UHGV virus genome: UHGV-0286058
Length of the DNA: 30,759 bases
From: a virus
Strand: one strand, 5' to 3'
Each line of letters opens with the position of its first letter. Within the stretch, counting starts at the first letter, position 1. Below, in pieces: positions 27,694 to 30,759 of the stretch. The position numbers and the translations under genes are program-made. Under the pieces are notes generated by a model. It was not told where the DNA came from. It was given only the letters and a program-made list of their open reading frames with translations, and did not search any database.

Positions 27694-28859
27694 TAACGGG
27701 GATGGCAATTGACGCCGGTGCCAGCCTTGCACCGGCTTTTATGCTGACGCTGAACAGTCAGGACATTACCAGCAACTTCAGCGACCGGCTGATTTCTCTC
27801 ACCATGACGGACAATAGGGGCTTTGAAGCTGACCAGCTCGACATTGAGCTCGATGACACCGATGGGAAAGTCGAGTTACCCCTGCGCGGGGCAGTGCTGA
27901 CGTTGTGGCTTGGCTGGCAGGGTTCGGCGCTGCTGAATAAGGGGGATTTTACGGTCGATGAGATTGAGCACCGGGGGGCTCCTGATACCCTGACCATCCG
28001 GGCGCGCAGCGCGGACTTTCGCGGCACGCTAAATTCCAGGCGTGAAGAGTCATGGCACGACACCACCATCGGCGAACTGGTCAGTACCATCGCAAAGCGC
28101 AACAAACTGACGGCCAACATTGCGGAATCGCTGAAAAAAATCCCGGTACCGCATATCGACCAGTCGCAGGAATCCGACGCGGTATTTTTGAGTCGACTGG
28201 CTGACCGCAACGGGGCAACGGTATCGGTGAAGGCAGGGAAACTGTTGTTTCTGAAAGCCGGTAGTGCGATGACGGCCAGCGGCAAACCCGTCCCGCAAAT
28301 GACGCTGACCCGCAGTGATGGTGACCGTCATCAGTTTGCCATTGCCGACCGTGGGGCTTATACCGGCGTCACTGCTAAATGGTTGCACACCAAAGACCCG
28401 AAGCCACAAAAGCAGAAAGTAACGCTGAAACGCAAGCCAAAAGAGAAGCACCTGCGCGCACTGGAACACCCAAAAGCAAAGCCGGTCAGCAAAAAGACAA
28501 AGGTCAAAAAAGAACAGGAAGCACGTGAGGGTGAGTACATGGCCGGTGAAGCCGATAACGTGCTGGCGCTTACGACGGTCTACGCATCAAAGGCACAGGC
28601 GATGCGCGCCGCTCAGGCTAAGTGGGATAAGCTGCAACGAGGTGTTGCCGAGTTTTCAATTACGCTGGCGCTCGGTCGCGCTGATTTATTTCCCGAGACG
28701 CCAGTGCGCGTATCAGGCTTTAAGCGCGTCATAGACGAGCAATCTTGGTTACTCAGTAAGGTAACTCACAATCTGAATAATAATGGCTTCACGACGGGCT
28801 TAGAGCTTGAGGTTAAACTCTCCGATGTGGAGTACAACGCCGAATCGGATGATGAATAA
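27690..28859 (+). CDS. D: tail protein D (late control gene D)
   Basis: 389 aa (P2 D about 387 aa); overlaps the U stop. Confidence 0.8.
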   Translation: MITGMAIDAGASLAPAFMLTLNSQDITSNFSDRLISLTMTDNRGFEADQLDIELDDTDGKVELPLRGAVLTLWLGWQGSALLNKGDFTVDEIEHRGAPDTLTIRARSADFRGTLNSRREESWHDTTIGELVSTIAKRNKLTANIAESLKKIPVPHIDQSQESDAVFLSRLADRNGATVSVKAGKLLFLKAGSAMTASGKPVPQMTLTRSDGDRHQFAIADRGAYTGVTAKWLHTKDPKPQKQKVTLKRKPKEKHLRALEHPKAKPVSKKTKVKKEQEAREGEYMAGEADNVLALTTVYASKAQAMRAAQAKWDKLQRGVAEFSITLALGRADLFPETPVRVSGFKRVIDEQSWLLSKVTHNLNNNGFTTGLELEVKLSDVEYNAESDDE

Positions 28860-28926
28860 AATACATTCACAAAAAGTGAATTAATCTTTATTATTGATTC
28901 ATTATTTGAGAGTTATGGGGTGTGTT

Positions 28927-29145
28927 ATGTTTCATTGTCCAAAGTGCCATCATGCCGCACATGCGCGAACAAGCCGCTATTTAACCGAGAATACGAAAGA
29001 GCGTTACCATCAATGCCAAAACATCAACTGTAGTTGTACGTTTATGACAATGGAAACGCTTGAACGCTTTATTGTTACTCCGGGAGCAACTGACCCAGCA
29101 CCACCTCACCCGACAGTAAGCGGTCAAAGACCACTCTGGCTCTGA
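28927..29145 (+). CDS. ogr: Ogr/B-type zinc-finger late-gene activator
   Basis: 72 aa from ATG 28927: MFHCPKCHHAAHARTSRYLTENTKERYHQCQNINCSCTF has the CxxC-N22-CxNxxC zinc-finger pattern of Ogr/Delta/B; last phage gene before the att region. Confidence 0.75.
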   Translation: MFHCPKCHHAAHARTSRYLTENTKERYHQCQNINCSCTFMTMETLERFIVTPGATDPAPPHPTVSGQRPLWL

Positions 29146-29168
29146 TCTAAGCCCGCTTCGGCGGGTAA

Positions 29169-29816
29169 CTACCTCAAAAGGCCTTCAGTCAATTCTTCGC
29201 CCGTACAGAATTGATATAGTGCACGAAGGTTCTCTTCAATCCACGTTATCTCTTTTAATGCATAACCTGAGAAACCGATCATAATATTTTCTATTTCAAT
29301 GAGTTGTGCAGAGTCTTTGTTATCTACAATCGAATCATAAAAGTGCTTTAACTCAACTATAGCTTTAAAGGCTGCATCCATCTTTTCATAAAAAACTGAA
29401 TCAGTTTTCGATACATCGTATAAAAATCTTGAGAAATTTTCCGTAGATGGTTCTGGAAGGAGGCCACCTGATTGTTTTCTTCCACTTTTTAATACTATGT
29501 AACGTGTTTTTCCTGCAGTGGTTTTGAACACTTGAAGATCTAATATACGTTCATGTTGTGGTTTTTTTTCATATGGCTCAAATGTTTCGCAAAGCTTTTT
29601 GATCTGCCCGTTGATATGCCAAGCAACCTGGCACTCCCGAGCAAATATTTGCTTTAAGGCGCGAATCTCATTTTTTCTCGCTTTAGATTTACGACGACAA
29701 TCTAACAATTCCCTAATAATGAAGAGAAAGATTGCAACAAAAGCAGATGCTGGAATGAGCGTTCCACTCGTCAAAAGGCTAACCCAATCACATTGTGTTG
29801 CAGTTTCTACCGCCAT
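29169..29816 (-). CDS. AT-rich accessory protein with N-terminal membrane anchor, function unknown
   Basis: 215 aa from ATG 29816 (track start 29858 would overlap the tRNA terminator); helix LIPASAFVAIFLFII then soluble domain; convergent with ogr; low GC. Confidence 0.5.
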   Translation of the reverse strand: MAVETATQCDWVSLLTSGTLIPASAFVAIFLFIIRELLDCRRKSKARKNEIRALKQIFARECQVAWHINGQIKKLCETFEPYEKKPQHERILDLQVFKTTAGKTRYIVLKSGRKQSGGLLPEPSTENFSRFLYDVSKTDSVFYEKMDAAFKAIVELKHFYDSIVDNKDSAQLIEIENIMIGFSGYALKEITWIEENLRALYQFCTGEELTEGLLR

Positions 29817-29844
29817 TTTATCGCCACCCCGAAATTGATAAACA

Positions 29845-29875
29845 AAAAGGCCACCCAAGTGAGTGGCCTAACTGT
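29845..29875 (-). terminator. intrinsic terminator downstream of the tRNA
   Basis: Minus strand reads AGGCCACTCACTTGGGTGGCC followed by TTTTTGTTT, directly after the tRNA 3' end. Confidence 0.4.
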
Positions 29876-29885
29876 CGGTATTTAC

Positions 29886-29961
29886 TGCTTAAATTTGGTG
29901 GCCCCTGCTGGACTTGAACCAGCGACCAAGCGATTATGAGTCGCCTGCTCTAACCACTGAG
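29886..29961 (-). tRNA. ileX: tRNA with CAU anticodon, identical in my recollection to E. coli tRNA-Ile2 (ileX/ileY); not an elongator tRNA-Met sequence
   Basis: 76 nt GGCCCCTTAGCTCAGTGGTTAGAGCAGGCGACTCATAATCGCTTGGTCGCTGGTTCAAGTCCAGCAGGGGCCACCA on the minus strand; anticodon loop CUCAUAA; divergent mug-like gene upstream matches the E. coli mug-ileX neighbourhood. Confidence 0.8.
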
Positions 29962-30095
29962 CTAAGGGGCCGTGGCGGTGAATTATAAAGTAACTCCCCT
30001 CAGCAATCCAGCCATTCACACCTGCCTGCTGTTTTTATAAACAACGCATAATCAATCCTTTATACTTATCTTAAGATGCATAGACAGGAGTAGAG

Positions 30096-30224
30096 ATGAT
30101 CAACGATATTCTGGCCCCTGGCCTGCGGGTGGTGTTCTGCGGTATTAATCCGGGCAAGTCATCGGCGCACACCGGTTTTCACTTTGCTCATCCGGGAAAT
30201 CGCTTCTGGAAGGTGATCCACTAA
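30096..30224 (+). pseudogene. mug: mug (G/U mismatch DNA glycosylase) 5' fragment, truncated after 42 codons
   Basis: [42 protein letters not shown] closely resembles the N-terminus of E. coli Mug (168 aa); stop TAA is the first 3 nt of the tRNA-derived repeat. Confidence 0.6.
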
Positions 30225-30262
30225 TCGCTTGGTCGCTGGTTCAAGTCCAGCAGGGGCCACCA
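30222..30262 (+). repeat. 41-nt copy of the tRNA 3' half (anticodon loop to CCA), inverted relative to the intact tRNA; att-core-like repeat
   Basis: TAATCGCTTGGTCGCTGGTTCAAGTCCAGCAGGGGCCACCA is identical to tRNA positions 36-76; the sequence after it is homologous but diverged from that after the intact tRNA. Confidence 0.6.
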
Positions 30263-30287
30263 AATTTTAGCTTTAGAATCATCCAGT

Positions 30288-30316
30288 TAAGCCACTCGAT
30301 TGAGTGGCTTTTTTGT
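30288..30316 (+). terminator. intrinsic terminator following the partial tRNA copy
   Basis: AAGCCACTC-GATT-GAGTGGCTT followed by TTTTGT; a diverged paralogue of the terminator at 29845-29875. Confidence 0.4.
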
Positions 30317-30480
30317 AAGTAATCCACCACACGTAGCCCGGCCTGCCGCTTCCCCTCACAAACCCTAAAAACTAAAGAAATCCCCCATCGCGCCGATCAT
30401 CATCCGTGTGTATTATTTCCTGTAGCTTTTACAACAACTAACCTTAACTCAAATACTTAAGCGCCAGAGCGAAAGGCATC

Positions 30481-30648
30481 ATGAGCACACCGATCAAACG
30501 GCTAGAAATCATTAAAAATGCCATTGAGCTGGAAGATGACGACATCATCCGGAGCCAGCTGAAACGTCTCAAAGAGGAAGCCTTTGACGATGATCTCCTG
30601 TCCATCGTCGCGGCGCTTGAGTCTCCGCCTGCTGACGACGCAGGTTAA
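30481..30648 (+). CDS. small acidic hypothetical protein (55 aa)
   Basis: ATG with GAAAGG 6 nt upstream; an overlapping minus-strand frame is also open to the window end, so the coding strand is unresolved. Confidence 0.25.
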   Translation: MSTPIKRLEIIKNAIELEDDDIIRSQLKRLKEEAFDDDLLSIVAALESPPADDAG

Positions 30649-30759
30649 GCTCCGCCAGCGTTTTACGCAGGGCGAGGATCTGCTGCATCAACGGCCCGAG
30701 GCGGGAGAAATAAAGATCGTTGAACTCATCTAGCTGCTGTACCCGGGCGTTACGGCGAT

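Noticed and set aside
1-30759. CRISPR arrays, IS elements or rRNA genes
   Set aside because: No regularly spaced direct repeats, no transposase-like ORFs with terminal inverted repeats, and no rRNA-like sequence were seen.
30600-30759. Minus-strand ORF running in from the window end (…LDEFNDLYFSRLGPLMQQILALRKTLAELNLRR…)
   Set aside because: It overlaps the plus-strand 55-aa ORF and is cut by the window edge; the real coding strand cannot be decided from this sequence, so only the plus-strand ORF is listed at low confidence.

Overview
Almost the whole window is one temperate phage of the P2 family, closest in layout to coliphage 186, integrated next to a tRNA with a CAU anticodon in an enterobacterial-type chromosome. 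Gene order read from the sequence: P-loop ATPase fragment (window edge) - int - cI (all minus strand), then apl - cII - small early ORFs - replication gene A - LexA box - tum - two accessory genes - cos (plus strand), then portal Q and terminase P (minus), then O-N-M-L-X, lysis cassette Y-K-lysB/lysC, R-S, an AT-rich insert, V-W-J-I-H-G, sheath FI, tube FII, E/E' with a -1 frameshift site, T-U-D and ogr (plus). Downstream are an AT-rich minus-strand cargo gene, the tRNA (minus), a mug-like gene truncated after ~42 codons, and an inverted 41-nt copy of the tRNA 3' half. Structural and regulatory calls rest on synteny, protein lengths and a few readable motifs; no database search was possible. 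The most likely places for an undescribed system are four accessory loci that sit at moron insertion points of the P2 backbone: tum-to-cos (6606-7995), S-to-V (17111-18154), ogr-to-tRNA (29169-29816) and the ATPase directly downstream of int (1-285). None of these proteins matches a family I can name from sequence alone. Other anomalies are an in-frame TGA splitting gene A, an unusually short tail fibre H, and the rearranged tRNA/mug junction at the right end.
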